Below the pieces are notes generated by a model. The model did not search any database, was not told where the DNA came from, and saw only the letters and a list, made by a program, of their open reading frames with translations. A stretch of 64,000 nucleotides of DNA from Glycera tridactyla (taxonomy: Eukaryota): positions 51,584,001-51,648,000 of the forward strand of contig OZ286472.1 of assembly GCA_965644265.1 (NCBI GenBank). The letters run 5' to 3'. The translations under genes were made by a program, and so were the position numbers. Shown here in pieces: positions 61,746-64,000 of the stretch (position 1 is the stretch's first letter; every line of letters starts with the position of its first letter).

Positions 61746-63490
61746 CTCACTTTCATCTCTCACACTGTGCCATCTTGCCAGTCTTTCATTCCATTTCCCC
61801 TCAATGGATGTGTCCATTCGCGTGAACACAAGACAAGCCATCTCCAGTGTGTTGATGCGCCTGTGCGTGCACGTATACGTGCGTGTTATTTGTGATGACC
61901 ACTTAGTGAGACCAAGGCATTCATCAGGCGCACGACTCGTGACGTTTAGTGCCGACGCGGCGCTACCCCTGACATGCTAATGTAGAACTCCTCATGATGA
62001 ATAGCCTCCCCAATACCAGCCAATAACATTAGAGGGTCCATCTCACCAAATCCTGAGATTCAACTGTTTGTTTGTTTGAGGTTTAGTGGCATATATGAAC
62101 CCTAGGGTTATGAGTGTCGTGTGTTCCTGGTTAATGAAAGCTAGATGTTCTCTCCCCTGCAGACATCACTCTCACAAGCCCTGAACACAAGATCATGAGG
62201 AACCTGAAATGTTGTCAAGTGGAAGGAACTGACAGTCCAGACACACCTCTACCTACTCTACAAAAACGAAATAAACCTGACGATGGCATATCTAACTATG
62301 TAAGCTGACACCCAAGCCTGAATTGTCAGCTACATCCACTTGACAACATATCAGGTTCTTGTGTTCAGGGTTTGTATAAGCTATGCCTACAGGGCCCAAA
62401 ACATTGGGCCCTCATTGACTAGCATCAAACGGCATACATACTCATCTGATGCATGCTATTAAACCTCAGACAAAAACAAACAACAGAATCACCAAATGAT
62501 GGCTTTTCCCGTTGTTGACAGTGCATCTAATTCTCAGGAATTCCATTGATGTATTTTCACCAGAATGTTGATGTACCGCAAGGATCTAAAATGACTAATC
62601 CTAGTGAATTATGTGATGCATCATGTGAGACCTGATACGGATAAGAGGTTGCCATGAATGTATTTCACAAACGATTTCATAATGTAATGTTCGCGATCGT
62701 ATTCATCAGCTTCATTATCCTAGATTACAGAGCTGCATGGGAACTGTTAGTTCCCTCGTGCATTTCAGAGACTCATCCGTGACCTGACTGATGAGTCGTT
62801 TCTATACCTCGTTTCAAACGAAGTTAGAGGGAGGGTCATCGGAGACACGCTGTTGGTAGGTTTGTCCGCAAAAAGTTTATGGAGCAGTTTTTTGGTGTCT
62901 GTTTGAGGTTTAACGGCATGTATCAACCCACAGGATTATTTATGCCGTGTGTCCCTGGTTAATAGAAAAGCTGGATGTTCTCTCCCCTGCAGACATCACT
63001 CTCACAAACCCTGAACATAAGATGATGGGAGCCTGAAAGGTTGTCAAGTGGAAGTAGCTGACAGTTCAAACACACCTCTACCTGAGCTGAACATATACGT
63101 AATAAACCTAGGATGGCATATCTAACTATATAGCTGGCTGGAAGCTAACACCCAAGCCTGATAGCAATGCATTTTTTTCAAAGCGCAGCACTTGACACAT
63201 GGAAAAGCATTAGGTTAGGAGAATACTCAACCCAAATGTTCAATTACAAACTGCCAACTTCAAACCAGCTTTATGTTTATAGAGCAAACTACTCATACAT
63301 TTCTCTAGCTATTGGGTGGGAACTCGAAATATGTCATCACCATGAAGTGTAAGGCACCTGGGTGCGGAAGACTAAATTGTCATGCCGAAATATCAAGCAA
63401 ATCCAAAGTCATTTGCCCTCGAAGTGACCTGTATAATTGCGTTCGAAAGGCGATGGGATATTTCGAGTCATGTCTGTGATAAAGCTCTAG

Positions 63491-64000
63491 TTGTCCTCCG
63501 CCAGGGCATCGGAATGGGTACTATGAAATCGTTTGCATCTGTCCGTCCATGCTTCCGTCCATACGTGCGTTCATCCAACTTTGCGTAATATGCCGTATTT
63601 TTTTCTGGCCGTAAGCCAGTGATCGAAGAGCCTGGAAAACTCCAGGATGGTATGCACTTATTCGGAACCCATGTGTTCAAAACCAATGCACCGATTCATA
63701 TGTTTGCATATGCACTGGTCATCATATTAGCTGCCTTATATTTGACCATGTTGGGTGGTTGAATGATTATCTGAACACCATAAATGGATTCCTTGACCCC
63801 GAAAAAAACCATTTTTCGACACCAAAATGATGATTCCATGTGGTATGGTTCAAAAGTTACAACCAATAATGCTATTTGGCGGCCATCTTGGCAGCGATCT
63901 TGAATTCTGAAAATGCCAAGCGGGGGTAATCATCACACCCGATGGATGCTTGAACTACATGATCTGGGGTACTCAAAGATGCAGAGAAATGATTGTGACC
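63491..64000 (+). mobile_element. HINE-like element, truncated by the window end
   Basis: Starts TT|GTCCTCCGCC followed by (GTCC)n-like CTGTCCGTCCATGCTTCCGTCC and typical core text. Confidence 0.45.

Overview
This is repeat-dense animal (invertebrate-like) genomic DNA from a short-read scaffold. It has nine N-runs, most of them inside or beside microsatellites. No complete protein-coding gene, rRNA, true tRNA or CRISPR array is visible, and nearly all ORF-track entries are low-complexity or repeat artefacts. The one fairly convincing host coding segment is a minus-strand first coding exon (3460-3600) for a type II membrane anchor resembling M1 aminopeptidases; the rest of that gene would lie to its left. 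The window is otherwise a layered transposon landscape. It contains a 2.1-kb hAT (hATm-like) element with 8-bp TSD and a decayed transposase inserted into a SINE, a tRNA-derived SINE family (one truncated copy with a 10-bp TSD inside another SINE), PIF/Harbinger-type MITEs with TAA TSDs, and several Helentron-type non-autonomous elements (HINE/DINE-like). It also has two fold-back palindromic elements, 59-, 45- and 38-bp minisatellites and LINE fragments. Signals not shown by the ORF track are a possible decayed intronless class A GPCR (~52.9-53.9 kb), a Cys/His zinc-finger relic (~16.7-17.3 kb), and several candidate exons with strong splice sites. All alignments and counts were done by eye; family assignments need database confirmation.
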